A DNA stretch of 64,000 nucleotides from Myxococcota bacterium (GCA_039028615.1 JBCCHT010000003.1:416001-480000), one strand, 5' to 3'. Counted from the stretch's first letter, positions 39,556-48,552 are shown. Translations and numbers: made by a program. The notes: a model not told the origin generated them from the sequence alone.

Positions 39556-40437
39556 TCAGGTCTTGGCGAGGCGGAGCCGCGGCTTGCCCGCCCACTTGGG
39601 GTGCTCGTCCACGAGGCGAGCGCGGGTCAGGTCGAGATACTCGGTCTGCTGATCGATGCCGACGTACGGGTGCCCGGCTCGCGCCGCGGCCACGCCGGTC
39701 GTCCCGCTGCCGTTGAAGGGATCGAGGATGGTGCCCTCGGGCGGGCAGGCCGACTCGATGATCCGCTCCAGCAACGCGAGCGGTTTTTGGGTGGGGTGCT
39801 TGCCGTGGGTCTTCTCGGACTTGCCCGGCGCCGTCATCCGCCACACCGACTTCATCTGCTTGCCGCCGTTGATCTCTCGCATGCGGGCGTACTCGAAGTG
39901 GTGCTTGCTCTTGCGACCACGGGCCGCCCACAAGACCGTCTCGGTCGAGTGCGTGAAGTAGCGGCACGAGAGGTTGGGCGGCGGGTTGGGCTTCTCCCAC
40001 ACGATCTCGTTGAGCAGCTTGTAGCCCAGCTGCTGCATGGCGAAGCCCACGCTGTAGATCACGTGGCTGGTGCCCGAGACCCAGATGGTGCCGTTGGGCT
40101 TGAGCAGGCGCTGGCAGGCCGTCAGCCAGCGGCGGTTGAACTCGTGATTTTCTTCGACGCCCTTGCTGCGATCCCAGCGGCCCTTGTCCACCTTGGCGCG
40201 GCGACCCGACTTGCAGGTGCTGCCGCCGTTGGAGAGGAAATAGGGAGGATCGGCGAAGACGAGGTCGAAGGACTCCTCCGGCATCGACTCCATGATCTCG
40301 AGGCTGTCGCCCGAGAGCAGCGTGACCTCTTTTTTGGGCGAGGCCCAATGCACGGTCTTGCGGGGCAGGGCCGACGCATCGAAGGCTTCGGCGACGCCAG
40401 AGGCAGTTTTGGTGGCACGGCTGGAAGAAGCACCCAC
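39556..40437 (-). CDS. Beta-class amino-DNA methyltransferase, DpnA (M2.DpnII)-like, orphan
   Basis: FADPPYFLSNGG, VDKGRWD, WEKPNPPPNLSCRYFTHSTET, GKQMKSVW, HPTQKP, LDPFNGSGTT; motif IV precedes motif I. Start uncertain (frame open to 40548). Confidence 0.9.
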   Translation of the reverse strand: MGASSSRATKTASGVAEAFDASALPRKTVHWASPKKEVTLLSGDSLEIMESMPEESFDLVFADPPYFLSNGGSTCKSGRRAKVDKGRWDRSKGVEENHEFNRRWLTACQRLLKPNGTIWVSGTSHVIYSVGFAMQQLGYKLLNEIVWEKPNPPPNLSCRYFTHSTETVLWAARGRKSKHHFEYARMREINGGKQMKSVWRMTAPGKSEKTHGKHPTQKPLALLERIIESACPPEGTILDPFNGSGTTGVAAARAGHPYVGIDQQTEYLDLTRARLVDEHPKWAGKPRLRLAKT

Positions 40438-40556
40438 GGGTGCCCACTTTTCACGTCTGACCCCGTGCGCCGAAATTTTGGCCCAACCGATGGGGACCCC
40501 TCGGATTCGCCGCTTCCTTGCTGCCGCGTCGGGGGCTCTGATATTCAAGTCTCGCC

Positions 40557-41324
40557 GTGATCTCCGTCCGCAACGATCGACGTCGATGGGTGGCTCCCAT
40601 CGCGCTGGGGCTCTTGATGGCCGCTGGCTGCAAAAAGGACCCGCCCAAGGTCCAGCTGCCCAACGCGCCCGCCCCCGACCGGGCGGCCCAGAGCTTCATC
40701 TACTGCGTCGAGGCCCGCGCCGGGCAGTGCGTCGAGCCGGCCGATCAGGTCGCCGGATGGGACTCCTTTTATCTCCTCACGTGGCTGGCGGGGGGCTCCC
40801 CCGTGGCCATCTTGGAGGCTCTGCCCCGCGAACTGTCGGACCATGCCGACCCGCGTCGGGTGCAGCGGCGCTTCGTGGGCGAAGTCGAGCGCTACGCGGC
40901 CACGATTCGCGGCGCCGAGTGCCAGGCCAACGGTTCTCGCCCCATCGAGCCCCTCATCGACGAGGTCGCAGGGGTCGCGGCCGAGCGCCTGCGCAAGCTG
41001 GGCCTGTGGAAGGGCGACATGCAGGCCATCGCGCGCGGCCTGGTCGAAGAAGCCCACGACGAGCTCAACGGTGGCTTCCTCGTGCGCCTCGACTGCAAGC
41101 GTGACCCCTATCGAATTTACGTCGCCACCCAGGAGCGAGACGGGCGACATGCGGTCTTGGGTCTGACGACCATGGTGCCGCAGGTCATCGAGCCCGAGCC
41201 CCCGGGGCGCGAGCAGGTCTCCGAGCGACTACGAAGTCGTTCCCTGGGCCTCAACAACGCATCGGCGCCCGTCGATGAAGGCACCATCAGCCCGTGGCTT
41301 CGGTTCCCAGTGGAGGAGTTTTGA
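40557..41324 (+). CDS. Hypothetical lipoprotein
   Basis: Lipobox LMAAGC-KKD; 255 aa; next gene starts 2 nt after its stop. Confidence 0.75.
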   Translation: MISVRNDRRRWVAPIALGLLMAAGCKKDPPKVQLPNAPAPDRAAQSFIYCVEARAGQCVEPADQVAGWDSFYLLTWLAGGSPVAILEALPRELSDHADPRRVQRRFVGEVERYAATIRGAECQANGSRPIEPLIDEVAGVAAERLRKLGLWKGDMQAIARGLVEEAHDELNGGFLVRLDCKRDPYRIYVATQERDGRHAVLGLTTMVPQVIEPEPPGREQVSERLRSRSLGLNNASAPVDEGTISPWLRFPVEEF

Positions 41325-41326
41325 TC

Positions 41327-42196
41327 ATGCGCAAGCTCTCCCTTGGATTGTCCGCCGCCTTGGCCGGGCTCGCGATCGTGGCCTGGCCCGGCGACTCGGT
41401 GCAGGCCCAGCCCACCACGGGCTCCGCCGCCGAGTTCGAGCGCATGCAGGGCTTCGCGACGGTGGTGGTCAACCACATCAACGAGACCCTCGGTACCGAG
41501 AACCTGCCCGTGGCCAACGGCGGTGGAGTCGAGCCCGGGGTCTTCGTCACCGTGAAGATGGACGAGCTGCTGATCTTCGACCAGCCAGTGGCGAAGCTTC
41601 AGGGCGGTCGTTCCGTCGACACCACCATCGCCGCCGAGTGTCGTAGCGAGTGCCCGGCCGCGTTCTACGATCCCTTCCAGCGCAGCTGGCTGGAGGCGGC
41701 GGTCGAGTCCACGACCTTCGCCGTCGAGATCCCCCAGCGTGTGGTCTTGGCCGTCGACCGCGAGCTACCGGCCGCGACCCTGCTCCAGGTGGTCTACGCC
41801 GCGGCCGAGACCCGACCGGTGCAGCCGCCTCAGCTCGCGCTGCTGGTCAACAACACCCGCGGCAGCCTCCGCGCCAAGACCTTCTTCGTGCTGCCTCCCG
41901 AGGGCATCGAGCTCCGTCAGGGCTCGGCCGCGCTCGGCCTCACCATCGAGGTCGGACCGGGGAGCTACGAGGTCAAGGCGGCCGATCAGGGCTTCGCACG
42001 CAAGAACCGAGTCGGTGCCGCAGCGCAGCTGCTGCCGATCATCAAGGGCGTGAAAAAGCGCTACCCGGGCAAGGAGACCGTGATCCTGGTGCCCAAGGGT
42101 GACGTGACGGTGCGCGAGTTGATGACGGTCGCCAACACGATCGCCGAAGAATTCCCGCGCCTCGTTTTGAGCGCCGGTCAGACCGTGCGGATCTGA
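41327..42196 (+). CDS. Exported protein with ExbD/TolR-like periplasmic folds
   Basis: Signal peptide; VVLAVDRELPAATLLQVV and VKKRYPGKETVILVPKGDVTVRELMTV both resemble ExbD C-terminal domains. Confidence 0.55.
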   Translation: MRKLSLGLSAALAGLAIVAWPGDSVQAQPTTGSAAEFERMQGFATVVVNHINETLGTENLPVANGGGVEPGVFVTVKMDELLIFDQPVAKLQGGRSVDTTIAAECRSECPAAFYDPFQRSWLEAAVESTTFAVEIPQRVVLAVDRELPAATLLQVVYAAAETRPVQPPQLALLVNNTRGSLRAKTFFVLPPEGIELRQGSAALGLTIEVGPGSYEVKAADQGFARKNRVGAAAQLLPIIKGVKKRYPGKETVILVPKGDVTVRELMTVANTIAEEFPRLVLSAGQTVRI

Positions 42197-42615
42197 TTCG
42201 GGCGCGCGCTCGAGTCACCGTGGCCGTCACCCCCCAGCGGGCGACGTGATCGGGTGAGGGACTTGCGCATCGTTGCGGGGTGCGTGGCAGGACGATCTGC
42301 ACGGGTGAAATCCGAACGGCGCGATTGAAAGATGCGCGGCAGCATCTGGACCGACCCGAGGATTTAGTTCCGCGCGATCCTGCGTAAGCCTCGGCAACAT
42401 GCGCATGGCCTCCTGCGACGCACGCAGGCCGTGCCCATGAAAATGAGAAGGAATCGACACGATTTTCCCCGTAGTCGGCATGGAAAAATCTCGGCATGAA
42501 TCGTTCCGTGGCGCGGAGGTGAACACGAGGTGACGCGAGTCTCCCTCACGTGAAGAAGACTTTCCCCGGGCGGAGGACGAGGGGGTTCGTGTGCTACCTT
42601 GGAAATCGTCCCGTG

Positions 42616-43707
42616 ATGATGAGTTCGCAATCTGTAGAGGCCTCGCTAGGCAGCTACCGCGTGATGAGCAAGCTCGGCCAGGGAGGAATGGCCGACGTCT
42701 TCTTGGCTCGCCGCGACGTGCCTGGTTCGCAGCCCTGGGCCCAAAACCAAGAGCTTGCCCTCAAGCAGATTCGCCCCGAGTTGGCCGCGAATACCGAGTA
42801 CGGCGAGATGCTCATCGAAGAGGCTCGCCTGGGGGCTGCCCTCCGGCACCCCAACCTCGTCGAGGCCTACGACGTCGGCAATCACGAAGGCAAGCTATTC
42901 TTCACCATGGAGTTGGTGCGCGGCCAAGAGCTGCGGCACATCGTGCGCAAGTCGGCCGAGCTCGACGGGCGACTCGACCTCTCCTTTGCCATCGCCATCG
43001 TGGTGGGGGTCGCGGCCGGCCTTCATCATGCCCACTGGCTGCACACCACCAGCGGCATGCCGCTGCGGATCGTGCACCGTGACGTCTGCCCCTCGAACGT
43101 GCTCGTCAACGACGAGGGCTACGTCAAGCTCATCGACTTCGGCATCGCCAAGACCGATCGCACCGCCTTCTTGAGGATGCTGGCCGACGGTTCCTACGAA
43201 GGCCCGATCCCTCAGCCGGTCGACGACCGACTGCGGCGGGGGACGCTGGCCTATATGTCGCCCGAGCAGTGCAACGCGCTGCCGAGCCTCGATCACCGCA
43301 GCGACATCTTCTCGCTGGGGGTGATGTTGTGGGAGCTGACGGTGTGGGGGCGCCTGTATCGGGCCAAGTCGCGGGCCGAGGTCTTCGATCGCATCGTCAA
43401 CCACGACGCCCCGTCGCCGCGGTCGATCAAGCCCGATTTTCCCGAGGAGCTCGATGCCATCATCATGAAGGCGTTGTCTCGAGACCCCGATCGTCGCTAC
43501 CAGACCGCACTCGACATGCAGGAAGCGCTCGAGGAGTTCGCGTTCTCGCAGGGACTGCATACTTCGCCGACTCGGCTCGCGCAGCTGATGAACCGGTTGT
43601 TTCCGCCGCGGCCCAAGATTCAGCACGACGCCGTCGCCGAGGAGTTTGCTCGGCGGTATCAATCGATCGGGCGGCGCTGGTCTTCGCGTCACGGCACGCC
43701 GAAATAG
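42616..43707 (+). CDS. Cytoplasmic Ser/Thr protein kinase (kinase domain only)
   Basis: LGQGGMADVF, LALKQI, VHRDVCPSN, LIDFGIA, GTLAYMSPEQ, RSDIFSLG. Confidence 0.95.
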   Translation: MMSSQSVEASLGSYRVMSKLGQGGMADVFLARRDVPGSQPWAQNQELALKQIRPELAANTEYGEMLIEEARLGAALRHPNLVEAYDVGNHEGKLFFTMELVRGQELRHIVRKSAELDGRLDLSFAIAIVVGVAAGLHHAHWLHTTSGMPLRIVHRDVCPSNVLVNDEGYVKLIDFGIAKTDRTAFLRMLADGSYEGPIPQPVDDRLRRGTLAYMSPEQCNALPSLDHRSDIFSLGVMLWELTVWGRLYRAKSRAEVFDRIVNHDAPSPRSIKPDFPEELDAIIMKALSRDPDRRYQTALDMQEALEEFAFSQGLHTSPTRLAQLMNRLFPPRPKIQHDAVAEEFARRYQSIGRRWSSRHGTPK

Positions 43708-43851
43708 GCCGCTGGCATCGGGCTACGCCCGACCCTTCGCCTCGAGAGACTCGATTGTTTCCCGATGGGCGTGATCGCCCTGTTAGGATGCAATTCGTCT
43801 GCTGCTTGGGGTTGATGGCGCTCGTGCGTCATCGGCCGTGCGAGGCTTGCC

Positions 43852-44970
43852 ATGATCTTCGATCGTTCGACCCTACCCGTATTGTCTTGTGCATTGTTGT
43901 TGGCCGCCTGTGGCAGTGACGCGACCGTCGGTGCGAGCGGAGGCGGGGGCGGCGGTGATGGCGATGCTACGGCGACGGTCGGCACCACTACGGGCACGGG
44001 CACGGGGGCGGCCACCAATGTGGCGAGCGCCTCGGGGTCGGGTGGCACTACGGGCGCGGTCGATACCACCGCGGGGGCCGATGCCAGCACCACGATGGGC
44101 ACCACCGTGGGCACGACCATGGCCACCGATGACACCACGGCCGGCTTCGATGGCACGACCGACGATTCGATGGGCACGACGATGGGCATGAGCTCGTCGG
44201 GTGGGCTCAGTGCGGGCTCGTCGGGCGGCTTCAGTGGCGGCTCGTCGGGCGGCTTCAGCGGTGGATCGGGCGGAGATACCGGTGGCGGCTCGTCGGGCGG
44301 ATTCACCGGGGGCGGCTCGTCGTCGGGTGGAGTCAGCGGGGGCGGTTCGTCGTCGGGTGGAGTCAGCGGCGGCGGCTCGTCGTCGGGCGGAGTCAGCGGT
44401 GGCGGCTCGTCGTCGGGCGGATTCACGGGCGGCGGTTCGTCGTCGGGCGGGTTCACGGGCGGCGGTTCGTCGTCGGGCGGATTCACGGGCGGGGGTTCGT
44501 CGTCGGGCGGATTCACGGGTGGCGGTTCGTCGTCGGGCGGGTTCACGGGCGGCGGTTCGTCGTCGGGTGGATTCACGGGCGGCGGTTCGTCGTCGGGTGG
44601 ATTCACGGGCGGCGGATCCTCGACGGGCGGATTCACGGGCGGCGGTTCGTCGTCGGGCGGCATGCCGCCAGTCGAGGGCTTCGGCGATTGCGTGAACAAC
44701 CTGCCGGCCGATGCTTGCCTGCCTCAGGAGCAGTGCATCACCGATCTCATGGTGCCGCCCACTCAGGGCGTGTGCACCGACCCTGCGTGTGTCGACGTCA
44801 GCGATTGCCCGCTCGCACCGCCCGGAGGCACGGCCCCGGTGCAGTGCATCGACCTGACGGGAGAGGGCATCAACGAGTGCGTGCTGCTGTGCAGCATTCC
44901 CGGCGTCACCTGTCCCACCGGGATGATCTGCGCGCTGGGCATCGCCTGCGCCTGGCCGGCCATGCCCTGA
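43852..44970 (+). CDS. Lipoprotein with Gly/Ser/Thr low-complexity stalk and Cys-rich C-terminal domain
   Basis: Lipobox LLAAC; (GGGSSSGGFT)n; C-terminal domain of about 100 aa with many Cys. Confidence 0.85.
   Translation: MIFDRSTLPVLSCALLLAACGSDATVGASGGGGGGDGDATATVGTTTGTGTGAATNVASASGSGGTTGAVDTTAGADASTTMGTTVGTTMATDDTTAGFDGTTDDSMGTTMGMSSSGGLSAGSSGGFSGGSSGGFSGGSGGDTGGGSSGGFTGGGSSSGGVSGGGSSSGGVSGGGSSSGGVSGGGSSSGGFTGGGSSSGGFTGGGSSSGGFTGGGSSSGGFTGGGSSSGGFTGGGSSSGGFTGGGSSSGGFTGGGSSTGGFTGGGSSSGGMPPVEGFGDCVNNLPADACLPQEQCITDLMVPPTQGVCTDPACVDVSDCPLAPPGGTAPVQCIDLTGEGINECVLLCSIPGVTCPTGMICALGIACAWPAMP
44308..44661 (+). repeat. Coding tandem repeat, 30-bp unit, about 12 copies
   Basis: ggcggcggttcgtcgtcgggcggattcacg variants encoding GGGSSSGG(FT/VS). 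Confidence 0.92.
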
Positions 44971-44992
44971 AGGCACGGCGTTCGCTTTCGGC

Positions 44993-46495
44993 TCAGTCGA
45001 GCTCGCGGTCGATGTACATCCCGGCCGCGGAGTTCATGCCGTTGTGGTCGCCTGCGCCCGCGCGCTCGAAGGTCGAGAACACTCCGTCGTCGTCGAGATC
45101 GCCGAACGCTTGGGCCGTGAACTGGCACGTCCCGTAGCCCTGCTCGGAGTTGTTCCAGCGAAAGTCGAGGTGGAAGCGATGCGGCTGTTCCTTGACGACG
45201 TTCATCTCCTGCCACACCGGGTTTTTCAGCCATAGGTCGACCGAGTACTCACCCGGGCCCTCGGGCGTGCCGCGAACGGGCACGCAGTAGCCATCGGGGC
45301 CGTCGTTGCAGTTGAGCGACAGCGGGGGCGTGGGGCCGGCCGAGCCGATGAGGCGACCGTCGCTGGGGCAGCGGTGGATGGGATCCGACGAGCCCTCCGT
45401 GCCGCTCACCGGGAGCTGCTCCTCGTAGAAGAACGCGGCCGTCGCATCGAACATCTTGGCGACCTCGACCCGTGGTTCGGAGGTCTTGCTGCGCTTCATG
45501 TACTTGTCCAGCGCGGGGACGGCGATGGCTGCCGCCACGCCGGCCAGGGCAGCGAGGACGTCGGGGTCGTGGATCGTGACAGGGACGAGCAGGCTCAGCC
45601 GACGCCCTTGCAGCCTCGGCACCAGTCGGCCGCGAACCTGCTGCCACTGGTGGTAGGTGACGATCGAGCCGATACCCGTCCACACGCTGCCGCCGCGCAT
45701 GGCTTGTTCGTACTGCGCCTCGGTCTGCATGGTGATGGCATCGAGCGCCGCCACGGCCTCGGCCTGCAGCGTCGCCAGGCCCTCGGGGTCGCCCTCGATC
45801 ACCGCCTCCACCCCCGCGTTGCCGTACGAGAGCATCGCCTGCTCGATTCCCAGGCTCCGGGCGGGACCCGGGACCCGGAAGGGGGGCTGGCTCGTGTCGA
45901 CCGCGGCCATCATGAGCACTCCTTCGGAGCGGTCGAGCACCATGGTGCGAAGGGGGCTCTTGCTGTCGCGAAGGGCCGGGCGCCCGCCCGCGAGGGTGGA
46001 GATCGCCAGCTCGACCGCGCTCCGGCTGCCGACGATCAGCTCGCCCTCGTGCTTGGCCACCGACAGCCCGTCGATCACGTGGATCTCGACCCCGTGAAGC
46101 TCGCCGTCGGGTGTGCCTCGAAGCGAGCCCTCGGTGCCCTGGACCACCACCGCCACGCCTTCGTCCGCGGTGTAGAACGCTACCGCGAGGTGGGCGGTGG
46201 TCAGCGTCATGCCGAGCCGCGACTGCATGAACTCATCGAGCTCCGTTCGCATCGCGTCCACGTTCTCGGGCGACGCCGGTCCCAGCAGGTCGAGGCTGGC
46301 CAGCGTGGCGAAGAACGACTCGGCGCTGCGCAGCACCAAGATGCCCGCGGCGTCGACGGGAATCGAGGCGGGCAGAGTGATCGCCGGAAGCGGAGCCTGC
46401 TCGGGCGCGGCCGTTTTTGCCTTTGGTTCCTTCGAGCACGCGCTCGCGCCCGCACACAGAGCGAGGGCGAGGGCGATGGAGCGGGGGCGGAGCAT
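44993..46495 (-). CDS. Lipoprotein fused to a C-terminal type IV pilin-like domain
   Basis: Lipobox ASAC; internal ALAGVAAAIAVPALDKYMKRSKTSE (pilin alpha1-like), Cys-containing head and FTAQAFGDLDDDGVFSTF as in myxobacterial pilins. Confidence 0.75.
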   Translation of the reverse strand: MLRPRSIALALALCAGASACSKEPKAKTAAPEQAPLPAITLPASIPVDAAGILVLRSAESFFATLASLDLLGPASPENVDAMRTELDEFMQSRLGMTLTTAHLAVAFYTADEGVAVVVQGTEGSLRGTPDGELHGVEIHVIDGLSVAKHEGELIVGSRSAVELAISTLAGGRPALRDSKSPLRTMVLDRSEGVLMMAAVDTSQPPFRVPGPARSLGIEQAMLSYGNAGVEAVIEGDPEGLATLQAEAVAALDAITMQTEAQYEQAMRGGSVWTGIGSIVTYHQWQQVRGRLVPRLQGRRLSLLVPVTIHDPDVLAALAGVAAAIAVPALDKYMKRSKTSEPRVEVAKMFDATAAFFYEEQLPVSGTEGSSDPIHRCPSDGRLIGSAGPTPPLSLNCNDGPDGYCVPVRGTPEGPGEYSVDLWLKNPVWQEMNVVKEQPHRFHLDFRWNNSEQGYGTCQFTAQAFGDLDDDGVFSTFERAGAGDHNGMNSAAGMYIDRELD

Positions 46496-46560
46496 GGGGC
46501 GTAGCCTATCGTGGCCGGCGCCGAAGAGGGGACCGACCCGCGGTGCTACGCTCGACTGCG

Positions 46561-47025
46561 ATGGCTCGGAAAACGGTCGATCCCACGCTGGCCATACGAC
46601 GCAAAGCCGGCAGCTACGCTGGCGTGGACGAAGGCACCGCGTGCACCCAAAGCTCGTTCAAGACCGGCAAGAAGGCCTTCTTGTTCATCGGTGAGCAGGG
46701 CGGCCGCTACAAGGCGATGTTCAAGCTCTCCGACTCCAAGGCCGAAGCGCTGCGCCTGGCCGAGAAGGAGCCCGACCGTTTTCAAGCCGGCTCGAACCCC
46801 TGGGTCACCGCCCGCTTCTCCGCCGACGAGCCCATGCCGAAGGCGCTTTGGACCAAGTGGCTGGAGGAGAGCTACGGCCTGAGCGCGAGCCCGGCGAAGA
46901 AGAAGACGGGGGCGAAGAAGAAGACGGGGGCGAAGAAGAAGACGGCAGCGAAGAAGAAGACGGCTGCGAAGAGGAAGACGGGGGCGAAGAAGAAGACGGC
47001 GAAGAAGAAGACGGCGCGCCGATAG
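46561..47025 (+). CDS. MmcQ/YjbR-like protein with histone H1-like Lys-rich tail
   Basis: SFKTGKKAFLF, WVTARF, WLEESY, then (AKKKT[G/A])n. Confidence 0.8.
   Translation: MARKTVDPTLAIRRKAGSYAGVDEGTACTQSSFKTGKKAFLFIGEQGGRYKAMFKLSDSKAEALRLAEKEPDRFQAGSNPWVTARFSADEPMPKALWTKWLEESYGLSASPAKKKTGAKKKTGAKKKTAAKKKTAAKRKTGAKKKTAKKKTARR
46894..47016 (+). repeat. Coding tandem repeat, 18-bp unit, about 7 copies
   Basis: gcgaagaagaagacgggg variants. Confidence 0.85.
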
Positions 47026-47034
47026 CCCGGGGCG

Positions 47035-47321
47035 CTAGCGGCCGCGCCAGTAGCCGGGCTGTCGCTTCTGGTGCATCACGGCCAGCACCAGGATGTGGTC
47101 GGGCTCGATCGTGTACAGCAACCCGTAGGGAAAGCGGCGAAACGAGACGCGGCGTATGCCTGGCTCCAGCTCCGGCCAGGCAGTGGGAAGCTCGGAGATC
47201 CGCGAGCGTGCGAGCTTGTAGGCCTCAACGAACAGAGCGGCCGCCGTGGGCGAGCGCTCGGCGTACCACGAGGTGGCCCGACGGAGTTCGTCGCGGGCCT
47301 CCGGGGTCAGGGCGACCGCAT
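47035..47321 (-). pseudogene. RelE/ParE family toxin with a -1 frameshift just after the start codon
   Basis: Body VALTPEARDELRRATSWY...RRVSFRRFPYGLLY...ILVLAVMHQKRQPGYW is ParE-like. The ATG at 47321 reads MRSP*; one extra G would give MRVALTPE. Confidence 0.7.
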
Positions 47322-47323
47322 GC

Positions 47324-47587
47324 TCAGCCGGTGGCTCGCTCGGAGGGGTTGGACGCCGTCGCCACAATCTCGTCGAGTTCGCGTTCCACCACGCGTGAAT
47401 CGATCGGCGAGGACTCTCCCGCACGCACGCGCGAGATCCGTTGCTTGGCCTCCTCGATCCAGGCCGCCTCGATTTGCTCGGTCGGCCCGCGCTCGAGACT
47501 GTCGGTCAGCACCGCTGCGACCACCGCTCGCTCCCGTCGTGGAAGCTCGAGCAGTGCCTTCAGGATGTCGTCGACGTCCTCGGCCAC
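47324..47587 (-). CDS. Addiction-module antitoxin (putative addiction module component)
   Basis: ALLELPRRERAVVA..L.DSLE...IEAAWIEEAKQRI..VRAGE; directly upstream of the ParE-like gene. Confidence 0.88.
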   Translation of the reverse strand: MAEDVDDILKALLELPRRERAVVAAVLTDSLERGPTEQIEAAWIEEAKQRISRVRAGESSPIDSRVVERELDEIVATASNPSERATG

Positions 47588-47751
47588 GGAACGAGCATAG
47601 CAGCGTCGTATGGCCGCCGCGAACGTGCGGTCGAACCGCCGTCGCTCGCCGATCCATGAACTGGATCGAAGTGCCTCAGTCGAAAGACCCCATCATGCAA
47701 AAGGCCGAGTCCCTCGTGGGACCCGGCCTTCGATGATGCTCGTTGCGGCGT

Positions 47752-48552
47752 TCAGCCTTGGGGCCAGCCTTGTCCCGGCGGTTGTCCTGGGGCCGGCGGT
47801 TGTCCGGGTTGGGGCTGAGCGAAGCCCTGGGGTGCCGCGGGTTGGCCGGGGTATCCGGCGGCGGGCTGACCGGGGTAGCCCTGCGGAGCGGCGGGCTGAC
47901 CGGGGGCGACGTGACCGGCGGGCGCTTGGGGCTGGGCCGGCTGTTGGCCGGCGAAGGGCTGACCGCCCTGAGGAGGCGAGGCCTGCGGCGGCTTGGCCTT
48001 GGGCTCGGGCATCTTCATGCCGCTGAGCTTGCCCAGGACGCCGAAGCCGAGCACGAAGAGGATCGAGGAGACGAGGGCGGACGAGAGGGCGGCCGCGACC
48101 GCGCTCCAGCTGGGCCAGTCGAGGACGGTGGAGATGAACCCGGCGAGCGCGGGCAGCAGGGAGACGGCACCGACGATGGCGATGACACCCGCGGCGAGTC
48201 GCTTGGCCTTGGGGTACTCCTCGGCGTTCGTGCGGGGGAAGAGCACGAGGGCGCCCCCGACCGCGAAACCACCACCGATGAGGACGGAGGGGAACGAGAC
48301 TTTGAAGCGGTCCCAGAACTCGTCGAAGGTGAGCAGCGTGTGCAGCAGGTCCTGCAGGCCGAGCGCGAACATGAAGGTCGCGACGACGGTGAGCACGGCG
48401 GCCACCGTCTTGAGGCCCAGCTGGGTATCGTCGGCGGTGGGGCTGTCCTTGCGGCGCGCGTCGTAGAGCAGCAGCAAGTACACCAACAGGGAGAGGGGCA
48501 GCGCAGACCAGGTCGCCAGCGCGCTCGGTGCCATCGGCAGCGGGAAGGGCAT
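47752..48552 (-). CDS. Multi-pass membrane protein with Pro/Gln/Gly-rich C-terminal tail
   Basis: About five hydrophobic segments, then GQPAAPQGYPGQP repeats; start inferred. Confidence 0.75.
   Translation of the reverse strand: MPFPLPMAPSALATWSALPLSLLVYLLLLYDARRKDSPTADDTQLGLKTVAAVLTVVATFMFALGLQDLLHTLLTFDEFWDRFKVSFPSVLIGGGFAVGGALVLFPRTNAEEYPKAKRLAAGVIAIVGAVSLLPALAGFISTVLDWPSWSAVAAALSSALVSSILFVLGFGVLGKLSGMKMPEPKAKPPQASPPQGGQPFAGQQPAQPQAPAGHVAPGQPAAPQGYPGQPAAGYPGQPAAPQGFAQPQPGQPPAPGQPPGQGWPQG

Noticed and set aside
39363..41324. Complete restriction-modification system around the methyltransferase
   Set aside because: The neighbours are a small membrane protein and a lipoprotein; no PD-(D/E)xK or HNH nuclease or second methylase is recognisable.
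44200..44661. Regular repeat array that could be mistaken for CRISPR
   Set aside because: Units are contiguous with no unique spacers, keep the reading frame, vary at codon third positions, and no cas genes are present.
43689..44699. Antisense ORF with (VNPPDDEPPP)n repeats
   Set aside because: Mirror of the Gly/Ser repeat; the plus-strand ORF has a lipobox and a coherent Cys-rich domain.
46500..47750. Mobile element or prophage carrying the TA module
   Set aside because: No integrase, transposase, terminal repeats or tRNA target seen around it.
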